DNA of 64,000 nucleotides from Spirochaetia bacterium (GTDB lineage: Bacteria > Spirochaetota > Spirochaetia > DSM-27196 > Salinispiraceae): contig JBBRCZ010000007.1 of assembly GCA_038204425.1 (NCBI GenBank), forward strand, positions 64,001 through 128,000. Direction: 5' to 3'. Every line of letters starts with the position of its first letter. Position 1 is the stretch's first letter. Under the pieces are notes generated by a model. It made no database searches. It was not told the DNA's origin and saw only the letters and a program-made list of their open reading frames with translations. Made by a program: the position numbers and the translations under genes. Shown in pieces: positions 50,201 to 57,854 of this stretch.

Positions 50201-52927
50201 GTACGGTAAGATCGCCAGCGCAAAGGTCAGATTTGCAAGTCTCTTGATCATGGACTTTCCTACCACTATAGCGTGCTGGCGCCATAAGACATCGATCGAC
50301 TTTCTTATCGTTTCGAGCGTTCCGTCGATAAGTGCCGGAAGCACACTGATTGCCAGCACGGCCAAAGTCCACAGCCAAACCGGTTTTAGCAGGGTCCAGC
50401 CAATTACCAAAAGCAGCAACTGGCCTATCGGCATAAGGCTGCGGCGCAGATTGTCAAGAATTTTCCATTGCGAAAGGCCCGAGAGAGGGTTTTTTATGAG
50501 TTTGTGCTTGGCGTCGCGCACAAGCGGCAATACCCAGCCAAGGATTTGCCAGTCGCCTCTTATCCAACGCTTGCGGCGCTTAACATCAGCCTCAAAACGT
50601 GAAGGGTGTTCTTCTAATAGCTGTACATCGCTTAGAAGGCCGGACCGGACATAGGCACCTTCCAAAAGATCGTGACTGAGTACCAAGTTTTCAGGAATTT
50701 TTTCGCTCATCGCCTCTTCAAAGATGGCGATGTCGTAGATTCCCTTACCTGTAAAGGAACCCTCTGCAAACAAGTCTTGGTAGACGTCAGAAACCGTTCG
50801 CGTGTAGGGGTCCATACCCGGTTCGCCACCACTAAGTTGGGCGTAACGAGACCGGTTGGATCCTTGCAAGATCTCGGTCATGCGTGGCTGCAAGATACCG
50901 TAACCCTCGACTACCCTACCCTTTTTTTTGTCAAAGACAGCTTGGTTAAGCGGATGACTCATAGCAGCTACCAGCTTATGGGCCGAGTCTCGAGGCAACT
51001 GGGTGTCACTATCAAGCGTAATTATGTAACGCAGTCCAAGGATGGCACTGGTATCACCAACAATCAACTCAAAGGCCTTAGCATCGCCGCCTAGGATAAA
51101 AGCATTGAGGTCGGCAAGTTTGCCGCGCTTGCGTTCGTAGCCCATCCATTTTTTTTCGCGCTCGTTCCACAAGCGAGGCCGATGAAACAAAAAGAAACGG
51201 TCAGTCTTGCCGGCATATTTTTTGTTTAAATCCTTGATCAAATTTTGTGCAAAAGAGAGCAGAATTGGGTCATCGGGGCAGGTCTGACTGTCATTGTCGA
51301 GAAAGTCAGTCAAAAGGCAAAAATAGAGCTGCTCATCTTGATTGGCCAAAAAGCGAATCTCTAGGAGCTCAACCATCTCAGAGGTGTCAGCATTGTCAAT
51401 TAGCATTGTTGGAATAACCACCAGACTTCTCGACTGTTTGGGTATGCCCTTAGAAAAATCCAGACGTGGCAGCGGGTGCGGACTGAGTCTAAACATGGCC
51501 AGTCTGTTGACCACAGCCAAGGACAGTTGTGTAAAGACTAGTCCCAAAAAGATCATCAAGATTAACCAAGTCCAACCTTCAAATACTGAACCCGCAGTAA
51601 AGGGCGAAAGTAGACCTGCGAAGAGCACATTGAGTACCGTGATGGCGCCCGAGTAGATGACAAGGGGGAAGCGCCGGATAAGACCCTGTAGGCGTCGACT
51701 CAAGTTGCGCTGCATGTCCACTTTGGCTTCTAGTAGTGGTCGTCCCTTGTCTATCAAATAGTAGCCCACATGGGCGCGACGGTCTTCTACTCCGTGCGTT
51801 TCCGTAGCAGCCAAGCTGAGACGGATTGACTCTTGCGCCACCTCAAGCTCACTTTGTGTACTGGATCTTGCTGTTTTTTCTATGACGTGCCGGTAGCGGT
51901 CGCGCGTAGCAAAATCCATCTGTACAAAGAAACCACTTGGATCAGTGGCGAGTGTTTGATTGACAGGGCTCATGTCTTCGACAAAGTCGTGCCAATTGCT
52001 GGCTCCCAAAAAACGCAGACTGGCGATACTGTTACTCATGGAAACTTGGTTTGCTGCTTGCTGTTGAACTTCGACTTGCACCAAATGCTTGATAGACAAG
52101 CCTGTTTCTGACAATCGCTGTTCTATCCAGTTGAGTGGCAATGCCAAGTTTGCGCTTTGACCTTGTAGCCGTCGCGCCATCTCGGCCACAAACGCGCTTT
52201 GTAGTGGTGGATCGGACTTGACCATCTCAGCCACTACCAGGATGAGACTCTTTTTGCTATTCTCCGCGGTCTCCATCATGCGGTCGGCCCATTGGTCAGC
52301 GCGACTTCGCTCAGCCATGTCTTTGGCAATCAAAGAAGCCACTCGGCGCAAGTTTTCAATCAAAGATAAACGCAACATAATAGGAATAGCCCACAGTTCG
52401 CCCAAATTAAGGATACTGATAGTTTGGTAGGCCGCTACGAAGCTTTCTAAGTTTTCGCTGTCAACACGCCCGTCGCCGTGAGAGATTGTTTCCAGCGCAA
52501 TGTCGTAGACCCGTGGCAGGCCGTGAGAGCTGCCGGTGCGCAACCTGGGCAACTCGCGGCTATAGTTGCGTGGCAAATGGCGCTTTGAAGTATGAATCTG
52601 TTCTTCTATTAGGTAAAAATTGTCCAGAAGCCACTCGGCGGCCGGTGTGATTCGCCGGTTGACTGCCAGGGCAGCCCCCAGCAGCTCGCGAACTTCCAAA
52701 AGCACCGCCTCATTACGGGCCAGTCTTGAGAGCAGCAGGTTGTCGATAACACTGCCTGAGTAAAAGACGTGCCCCGAGGCCAACGAGGCACCGTGCTTGC
52801 GCATTTGCTCTGCGTTAAGTAAAGCAGAACGAAGTGGCGCTTGATCAAAGCTATGTCTGGGCAAAAGCACCTTTTGGATGGAGGAGCCCAGTCGAGACTT
52901 ATGTTTGGCTTTAAGTGATTTTTGCAT
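44222..52927 (-). CDS. ndvB: Cyclic beta-1,2-glucan synthase (GT84 plus GH94 phosphorylase domains)
   Basis: AEWLLDNFY, MDFATRDRYR, WMGYERKRGKL, LSHDLLEG, RWIRGDWQ, YDLLASEARL, SWSGSMFEYLMP, YQSGGAFGFRDQLQD, GDWNDGMN, ENGGQYTH, GRGGWTWYTGSAGW. Confidence 0.95.
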   Translation of the reverse strand: MQKSLKAKHKSRLGSSIQKVLLPRHSFDQAPLRSALLNAEQMRKHGASLASGHVFYSGSVIDNLLLSRLARNEAVLLEVRELLGAALAVNRRITPAAEWLLDNFYLIEEQIHTSKRHLPRNYSRELPRLRTGSSHGLPRVYDIALETISHGDGRVDSENLESFVAAYQTISILNLGELWAIPIMLRLSLIENLRRVASLIAKDMAERSRADQWADRMMETAENSKKSLILVVAEMVKSDPPLQSAFVAEMARRLQGQSANLALPLNWIEQRLSETGLSIKHLVQVEVQQQAANQVSMSNSIASLRFLGASNWHDFVEDMSPVNQTLATDPSGFFVQMDFATRDRYRHVIEKTARSSTQSELEVAQESIRLSLAATETHGVEDRRAHVGYYLIDKGRPLLEAKVDMQRNLSRRLQGLIRRFPLVIYSGAITVLNVLFAGLLSPFTAGSVFEGWTWLILMIFLGLVFTQLSLAVVNRLAMFRLSPHPLPRLDFSKGIPKQSRSLVVIPTMLIDNADTSEMVELLEIRFLANQDEQLYFCLLTDFLDNDSQTCPDDPILLSFAQNLIKDLNKKYAGKTDRFFLFHRPRLWNEREKKWMGYERKRGKLADLNAFILGGDAKAFELIVGDTSAILGLRYIITLDSDTQLPRDSAHKLVAAMSHPLNQAVFDKKKGRVVEGYGILQPRMTEILQGSNRSRYAQLSGGEPGMDPYTRTVSDVYQDLFAEGSFTGKGIYDIAIFEEAMSEKIPENLVLSHDLLEGAYVRSGLLSDVQLLEEHPSRFEADVKRRKRWIRGDWQILGWVLPLVRDAKHKLIKNPLSGLSQWKILDNLRRSLMPIGQLLLLVIGWTLLKPVWLWTLAVLAISVLPALIDGTLETIRKSIDVLWRQHAIVVGKSMIKRLANLTFALAILPYEAYYSLLSLLKSLWRMMVSHTRLLEWNTAASARISKNNSLLDSIKKMGVASLFSGLLTGVLAFLAPLSLLVASPFLLAWFASPFITWQASRPIVRKRVDLDDQQRLYLRRLARKIWGFFETFVGEEDNWLPPDNVQEHPVRTVAHRTSPTNIGFSLLNNLSAYDFGYQTLLDCQERCKKTLQTMAGLERYRGHFYNWYDTQSLRPLNPRYVSTVDSGNLAGYLLVLKSGLKSAADDPIVAPRFFEGMADSLALIEFAPSPITVDLHKRLEKLLSSFSSTLSGKVSNGQSTQPTLSLAQLYQAMTDVVHACTSLNTQMQGSEQNLRAGVAAMLGQAERALEQLQFFAPWCSEPAEALALSGLNNVPSLRQLAQTLGQTILRAQGIDDAGRLGEMLANSAEKASLRLEELEELAQTAGDFATMEYGFLYDGGRKLFSIGYNVDQRRCDAGSYDLLASEARLASFVAIAQGGIGQENWFALGRQLTSVGTCSVLLSWSGSMFEYLMPLLLMPNYDHSLLDQTYSSCVKRQIEYGKLRGIPWGVSESGYYLIDAAQNYQYRAFGIPGLGLKRGLADDLVIAPYASTMALMVDAKAACDNLERMTDEGFEGEFGFYEAVDYTTGRLLHGESKAIVKSFMAHHQGMSLLALSYVLHGQPMQKRFVAEPMFAATTLLLQERMPKDMVMYSHASESAEIKLNYNKPDLPVRLFSNADSTTPEVQLLSNGSYHVMLTNSGAGYSRWNEMALTRWREDTTADNWGSFAYVRDLGTGQFWSLGFQPTLKKPRSYEVIFSEGRAEIMRSDFGLDCHTTVLVSPDDDIELRRTKINNRSRVRREIEITSYAELVLSPIGVDAQHPAFGNLFVQTELDSVRHALLGHRRPRSKDEKSPWFFQQMNLYGADAQSISYETDRARFIGRGRSPANPLAMQGHEPLSGTVGPVLDPVVAIRYKIVLEPDQVATIDIIQGIAATRNGASNLIGKYQDQRMADRVFDLSWSHSHVVLRQLNVSVIEAQLYCQLAAAVIFANGKLRADPALISQNKRGQSGLWGYSISGDLPIVLVQIEDSSNLELVRQVIQAHQYWRLKGLTVDLVIWNEDHAGYRQILNDQIMGLLATGAQASLNGTPGGVYLRSSDQISVEDRILIQASARVILSDSRGTLEEQLNRSRSVRKSAPAFLPSRGIRNEHANVAVASNANLLFFNGHGGFSADGREYVINSSEGKVSPMPWVNVLANPHFGTVVSAGGSAYTWAENAHEFRLSPWHNDPIGDPSGECIYVRDEETGQFWMPMVPDKDKNQSLQVRHGFGYSVFTGDYNGIICEVTVFVALDDSVKFSLVKLKNHSGRQRHLSVTGYVEWVLGDLRSKTAMHLVTELDPSSSAILARNNYSMDFENRVAFFACDDNQASYGADRSEFLGRNGQLCCPAAMLKSHLSGRVGAALDPCAALQSQLSLADGTESELCFSLGLGSEKHHASRLVRKYRGPYAVHQALDKVKEHWTRQLGVVQVKTPDLALDLLVNGWLLYQTIAARLWARSGYYQSGGAFGFRDQLQDSLALVHAQPELLKQQILLCARHQFVEGDVQHWWHPPSGKGVRTRCSDDFLWLPLAVARYVNCTGDTSILDQELEFITGRQLNRDEESYYDLPASSGETASLYEHCQRALEHGKRYGVNGLPLMGSGDWNDGMNTVGDQGKGESVWLGFFLYKTLQDFADLAQMRNETNYASKCRAEATTIKNALEKNGWDGQWYRRAYFDNGQVLGSAKNSECRIDSIAQSWAVLSQAAEPKRSKQAMQSLDTHLVDRDKGIVLLLDPPFDSSDLEPGYIKGYLPGVRENGGQYTHAAIWAAMAFAQSNDSQRAWELANMINPIRHSLDAEQVDRYQVEPYVMAADVYGVQPHTGRGGWTWYTGSAGWMYRLLLESLLGLRRTEKQLHLQPCLPADWDGFSLSYQYGQSTYQIEIKQDSLARKAHMSLDGKDQPGTAIDLIDDDSVHQVSIVVGGRPSP

Positions 52928-53112
52928 GGAGTCCTTATTTAGTCTTAGATCGCCAATTTTCAATTCTTTGGCGTATTTTACTATAAAATAATAACTAAAT
53001 TAAAATAAGTCAAAATCTTCAAAAGACTAAAAACTACCGAAGCAAAGGGCATAGACGTTTACTGCCCCCTGAGCTATTGTGAATTCTTTAAGCACAGTGC
53101 TATTCTGTGGCC

Positions 53113-54669
53113 ATGATTCAATTAATCGATCAGACGAGCAAAATCTCAAAACAGCGCGCCACAAAAATTTTGTTCGGTGCCTACATTGTGTATATCGGGG
53201 CAAATGCTTTAAGTTTCTTGATGGGCATGATACTGCTCGAGTCTTTTTTGCCTGATTATCTAAAACAAATTTTTTACGAGTTTAGGGCGAGTTTACAACG
53301 TGATCCTATCATGATATTTCTAAATATTGGCCCTTTTCCGATAGTTTCAGTTCTGGTTTTTATGTACTTTAAACCGTTGCTACGTTTCTTAGGTTTTCGA
53401 AATCGCAAGATTGAACTAAAAGCCACAGCGCAAAGGCGAATTTTAAACTCACCCTTGGCACTTACCTTTATTACGGCCCTATCATGGATAATGGCGCTGA
53501 CCCTTATCCAAGTCTACATTCAAAGTTCGTATCAACATTTTCCTGCTGACTATAGATTTAGGGCAGTTTTAGTGTTTTCGATGTGCGGACTATTTGCTTC
53601 AATTTTGTGTTTTAATCTTTTTGATTACATGTCTAGAAAGTGGTATATTCCTTGGTTTTTTTTGGGCCAAGAACTCAATGAGACACGCCCTTGGTTTACC
53701 ATTTCTTTAAGTCGCCGCCAAATGATTGGCTGGCTTGGTTTGAGCCTCTTCCCCATTTCGCTCTTTGTAATCTACATTTCTGGTTTCCAGGCTTGGCCAG
53801 TGCTTATGTTGACCGTAGTAGGGATTGGTCTGTTTTTGACCTTTTTGACTTACATCTTGGCTCGATTATTTGCAGTTACGCTGCGCCTTTCTTTAAATGA
53901 ACTGACAGCTGGCGTCAAAAAAATTCAAAATCAAGATTATTCGGTCATTGTACCATTACGCAGCCAAGATGAAGTCGGTATTCTGGCTCAAGCTGTCAAT
54001 CAGTTGGCACGATCGCTTTCTACCGAACAGCAGCTTCAACGTACCCTTGGTCAGGTAGTCGATCCACTGGTTCGCGATCATTTGCTTTCCAATCCGCTGG
54101 ACTGGGGTACAAAAACGGTGGAAGTGAGTGTGCTCTTTTGTGACATAAGAGCTTTTACCAAGTTTTCATCAACGCGCGGTCCGCAAGAGGTTACTGAGTT
54201 TCTTAATGATTTTTTTGAGCTCACGGCACCTGTCGTCGAGAAGCATGGGGGCCATATTAACAAATACTTGGGTGACGCGTTTATGGCGATTTTTGGAGCG
54301 CCCAACACACTCGAAGACCCCAAAAAATCTGCTTTGCAAGCTGGCCTAGAAATTTTGTCTTTAGTATCTGGTCTTGATAAAGTGGATGTCGCTCTTGGCA
54401 TTCACTGCGGTCCTGTCTTGGCAGGGGCAGTAGGTACGGCCAAACGCCGCGAGTATACCATCATTGGAGACACCGTAAACTCGGCCAGCCGATTTGAGTC
54501 GTTGGCAAAAAGCATGGACTACCAAGCCGTTATTTCCCAAGAGCTCATCGGCGCTGGCCAGGTTCCAGGGCCCACTCAACTTGGCCTGTGGCAAGACCTT
54601 GGCCTGGTTGAGATTAGAGGCAAAGACGATTCCATGCGCCTATGGGGACTAAAGACTAAGCCTGAGTAA
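53113..54669 (+). CDS. Membrane class III adenylate/guanylate cyclase with HAMP domain
   Basis: 6 TM, DEVGILA HAMP, VLFCDIRAFT, KYLGDAFMA, GIHCG, YTIIGDTVNSASRFE. Confidence 0.92.
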   Translation: MIQLIDQTSKISKQRATKILFGAYIVYIGANALSFLMGMILLESFLPDYLKQIFYEFRASLQRDPIMIFLNIGPFPIVSVLVFMYFKPLLRFLGFRNRKIELKATAQRRILNSPLALTFITALSWIMALTLIQVYIQSSYQHFPADYRFRAVLVFSMCGLFASILCFNLFDYMSRKWYIPWFFLGQELNETRPWFTISLSRRQMIGWLGLSLFPISLFVIYISGFQAWPVLMLTVVGIGLFLTFLTYILARLFAVTLRLSLNELTAGVKKIQNQDYSVIVPLRSQDEVGILAQAVNQLARSLSTEQQLQRTLGQVVDPLVRDHLLSNPLDWGTKTVEVSVLFCDIRAFTKFSSTRGPQEVTEFLNDFFELTAPVVEKHGGHINKYLGDAFMAIFGAPNTLEDPKKSALQAGLEILSLVSGLDKVDVALGIHCGPVLAGAVGTAKRREYTIIGDTVNSASRFESLAKSMDYQAVISQELIGAGQVPGPTQLGLWQDLGLVEIRGKDDSMRLWGLKTKPE

Positions 54670-54878
54670 AGATTTACCCACATTATTGGATTCTTGTAAG
54701 TGCCACCGGCCGGGCGCCAAGGAACTAGCCAGATTCCAAACTTTTCTGCGATCTTTAGCGGCTAAAGCTTGCCGCCAGCTACGCAAATTAATACCTTAAA
54801 AGAGACACACTAAGTAAACAAGTTAGGTTTGCTCCAATTAGTGATGTCTGCGAATTTGCCAGCCAAGGAACTTAGCCA

Positions 54879-55289
54879 GTGAAGAACGTTCTGATTTGCG
54901 ATGATTCCCAATGGATGCGCGGTCTAATTAGAAATGAGCTCAATAAATACGCTCAAGAAGGCAAGAATCACACCGTGATGGAAGCCTGCAATGGCAAAGA
55001 AGCGCTGGAACTTCTCAATCGAGATAGGTTTGACATTGCCTTCTTGGATTGGACCATGCCACTGATTGACGGCTTAGAAGTGCTCAAGCGCTTACGTCTA
55101 AGCTCCAAGCATCTTGACCTCAAGATAGTGATGATCACCGCTCTTTCTGGCAAAAGCGACGTCATGCAGGCCCTAAAAGAAGGCGTAGACGACTACATTA
55201 CCAAGCCAATTAACAGTCGCCAAGCCAGTGCACGATTTAAGGAGGCACTTATTGACGTCGGTTTTGTGTCACAAGGAAGCGTATTATGA
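54879..55289 (+). CDS. Single-domain response regulator (CheY-like)
   Basis: LICDDS, FLDWTMP..DG, MITA, DYITKP. Confidence 0.88.
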   Translation: MKNVLICDDSQWMRGLIRNELNKYAQEGKNHTVMEACNGKEALELLNRDRFDIAFLDWTMPLIDGLEVLKRLRLSSKHLDLKIVMITALSGKSDVMQALKEGVDDYITKPINSRQASARFKEALIDVGFVSQGSVL

Positions 55290-55789
55290 CCCGCGAAGAA
55301 GTCTGCTTACCATTTATTTCTGCCTGTAGCTCAATCTTTGATCAGCTACTCGACATCAAACTAAGCCAGAAGAACCCTCATTTGCAAGACATCAGCGAAG
55401 ACCGACCCGATTGGGAGCTATGTTCGCTAATTGAGATCCGCAATCTAGAAGACCTTAGTTATGGCTACATTTCTCTCAACCTCAAGAACTCAAGCGCGGA
55501 CAAGATTGCTCGCAAAATGATAGGCAGACCGATTGGTACAATAAGTCAAGAGCTGGTCTTTGACACTTTGGGCGAGCTCGCCAACATAATCGTCGGGAAC
55601 GCCAAAAAGGACTTTGAAGACAGTCCATTGAAAATATCCACCCCAATGCTGATCAGCGGCCAAAAAATTAGGCTTCACAACCCGGCCAAAATCCACCGAG
55701 TAACCATAATTCCCTTTGAATTTATCGAGGCAGGCGAACTGGACTTTTTTGACCTTTCTATTTCACTTGACCTCAAGTATTTTGTCTAA
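55286..55789 (+). CDS. cheX: Chemotaxis phosphatase CheX
   Basis: PFI.A, DTLGELANIIVGNAK (ExxN), ISTPMLISG. Confidence 0.88.
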   Translation: MTREEVCLPFISACSSIFDQLLDIKLSQKNPHLQDISEDRPDWELCSLIEIRNLEDLSYGYISLNLKNSSADKIARKMIGRPIGTISQELVFDTLGELANIIVGNAKKDFEDSPLKISTPMLISGQKIRLHNPAKIHRVTIIPFEFIEAGELDFFDLSISLDLKYFV

Positions 55790-55799
55790 AGGACTGCAT

Positions 55800-57809
55800 A
55801 TGCGCCACGTTGAAAAAGTTTTCTTGAATCTCATGTATAGCGGCCTCTATAATACCGAGCTTGACGAAGAAGCCAAGTCTCGCGTTCTTTTTCTCAATTT
55901 ATCTATTTTGATAGCTGGTTTTACGCTCACTTTTATGGCTATTCAATCGCTTTTTTTGGCAAATTTCAACTTTGGTGCCGGTCTGCAGTCGATCGACATC
56001 ATTATGGCTGCGGTTAGTTTTGGCGCGGCTTTCTTGATGGTTTTTTTGTTAATCTACCTTAGGCGCAACAAAAACAGAGTCTTTATTAGCTACTTTATGT
56101 CGATCGCGCTTTTGCTCTTCTGCTTGGTGATGATCTACCTTGGCAGCTACCGCAATACTGGCTACGAATGGATCGCCGCCTACCCAATAATGTCGGCTAT
56201 GCTGCTAGGCTGGCGAGGACTTTTCTTGACCGTCATACTTCTTGTGGCGAGTTTGGTTATGACAATATTTGGCATTGGTGTTGCGACTGCGGACTTTACA
56301 ACCATGCGGTTGGGCACCATTTTTGGCGTGGCGGGGGTAGTACTTGCTTTCTCGATTGGTTTTGAACTCTCAGTAAGTGCATCAATAAGAAAGATCAAGC
56401 ACATTAACCAAAAGCTACAACAGTCAAACACACTCAACCGCTTGATCAAGGAAAATGGTGACTCAGTTTGTCTGATAGACGCAAGCTTGGTTATACAAGC
56501 GGAATACTCACAGAGTTTAGAAACCCTAATCGGCGATCAAGACTTGGGTGGCAAGAATCTGATCGGGCTTTTTGCCAAGCATACCGAAGACAACTTTGAA
56601 CTAGAAGATTTTGAACAATACTTGTCCTTATTCTTTCAAGAACGAACCAAAGACAGACAGCTTGAGAACCTAAATGATTATCATCAAGTCAAACTGTACC
56701 CTATCCAGAACTTACCAAGTTCTAAGAAAGTAATTGACCTAAACTTTAAGCGCATTCACTATCAAGACACCATCTTGATCCTGTGCTTTTTTAAGGACAT
56801 TAGTGAACAAATCCGTCTCGAGCAACGACTCACTCAAGAGCGCCTCGTAGACGATCAAAAACTCAAGGATTTACTCAAGATAGTGCACCTTGTCAAAAGA
56901 AACCCCGTCGAAATAGAGGAGTTTCTAACTGAGACAGAAACCAGCATTGACGAAATCAACCTTAACCTCAAGTCAGGCAAGAAATCAAACAATCGCAAGA
57001 TACTGTTAGACAGTTTTGTTATCATTCACGACATCAAGAGCACTGCAGCTTATGTGCTCAACATAGACAGCATTACTCAAAAATTTCACGACTTGGAAGA
57101 AGAAATTTCTACCGTTCTCAAACTCAACACCGATGCTGATATTGAGTCCACACAATTACGAAAGACAATTTACTCTCTTGGCGATTGTTACGAAGAAATC
57201 CAAAGTATACGAGGAACCTTGGCTGACATCTTTTCGGTAAGCACTGATGGATTTGGTGGTAATGTGTTTGCACTTAACCTTGAGTCCCTTGTTACTAGGC
57301 TCAACCAAAAACTGTCGATGGCCGTCAGATTGGACTTATCAAACTTAGATAGTGCAAATATTCCCAAGGCATATAAGAAAGCAGTCAAACAGTCCTTGGT
57401 TCAGCTGATTAGAAACTCATTTGCCCATGGCTTTGAAAGTGCAGAACAAAGAATGGCGCTCGCCAAAAGTGAGTATGGCCAGATAAGCATCTCATCGCAA
57501 TCGTCCGATGGCAAATTTCGCATAGTCTACCGCGACGACGGGCAAGGGCTTGATGTGGATAAAATAAGACAAGTTGCTCTTTCCAAGCCAAATTTCGCAA
57601 AAATGGACGTCAAGGATCTAAGCGATAAGCAGTTACAAACGCTCATTCTCTATAGCGGTTTTAGCACTTCCGAGTCAGCAGACTTTAACTCCGGCAGGGG
57701 TTTGGGTATGAGCATAGTCTCGCGCAACATTAAGGCAAACAGCGGCGCCATCAATATCAATTCGGTTCGCGGGCAGTATTGTCAATTTGCGCTAAGCTTT
57801 CCAGCCTAA
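55800..57809 (+). CDS. Membrane-bound CheA-like kinase (TM sensor, PAS-like, Hpt, HATPase), no CheW domain
   Basis: ~6-7 TM; IHDIKS Hpt; QLIRNSFAHGFE..R...K...G.I, DDGQGLD, SGFST, SGRGLGM; ORF ends right after the HATPase. Confidence 0.82.
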   Translation: MRHVEKVFLNLMYSGLYNTELDEEAKSRVLFLNLSILIAGFTLTFMAIQSLFLANFNFGAGLQSIDIIMAAVSFGAAFLMVFLLIYLRRNKNRVFISYFMSIALLLFCLVMIYLGSYRNTGYEWIAAYPIMSAMLLGWRGLFLTVILLVASLVMTIFGIGVATADFTTMRLGTIFGVAGVVLAFSIGFELSVSASIRKIKHINQKLQQSNTLNRLIKENGDSVCLIDASLVIQAEYSQSLETLIGDQDLGGKNLIGLFAKHTEDNFELEDFEQYLSLFFQERTKDRQLENLNDYHQVKLYPIQNLPSSKKVIDLNFKRIHYQDTILILCFFKDISEQIRLEQRLTQERLVDDQKLKDLLKIVHLVKRNPVEIEEFLTETETSIDEINLNLKSGKKSNNRKILLDSFVIIHDIKSTAAYVLNIDSITQKFHDLEEEISTVLKLNTDADIESTQLRKTIYSLGDCYEEIQSIRGTLADIFSVSTDGFGGNVFALNLESLVTRLNQKLSMAVRLDLSNLDSANIPKAYKKAVKQSLVQLIRNSFAHGFESAEQRMALAKSEYGQISISSQSSDGKFRIVYRDDGQGLDVDKIRQVALSKPNFAKMDVKDLSDKQLQTLILYSGFSTSESADFNSGRGLGMSIVSRNIKANSGAININSVRGQYCQFALSFPA

Positions 57810-57815
57810 AGATTT

Positions 57816-57845
57816 AAAAAAAAGCTGCCATTGTTACCTGGCAGC
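57816..57845 (-). terminator. Rho-independent terminator of the sugar operon
   Basis: GCTGCCA-N8-TGGCAGC followed by T8 on the minus strand. Confidence 0.75.
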
Positions 57846-57854
57846 CGTTAGATT

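Noticed and set aside
54750..54800. Sigma-28 promoter upstream of the cheY-like gene
   Set aside because: TAAAG is present but there is no GCCGATAA-like -10 at the right spacing
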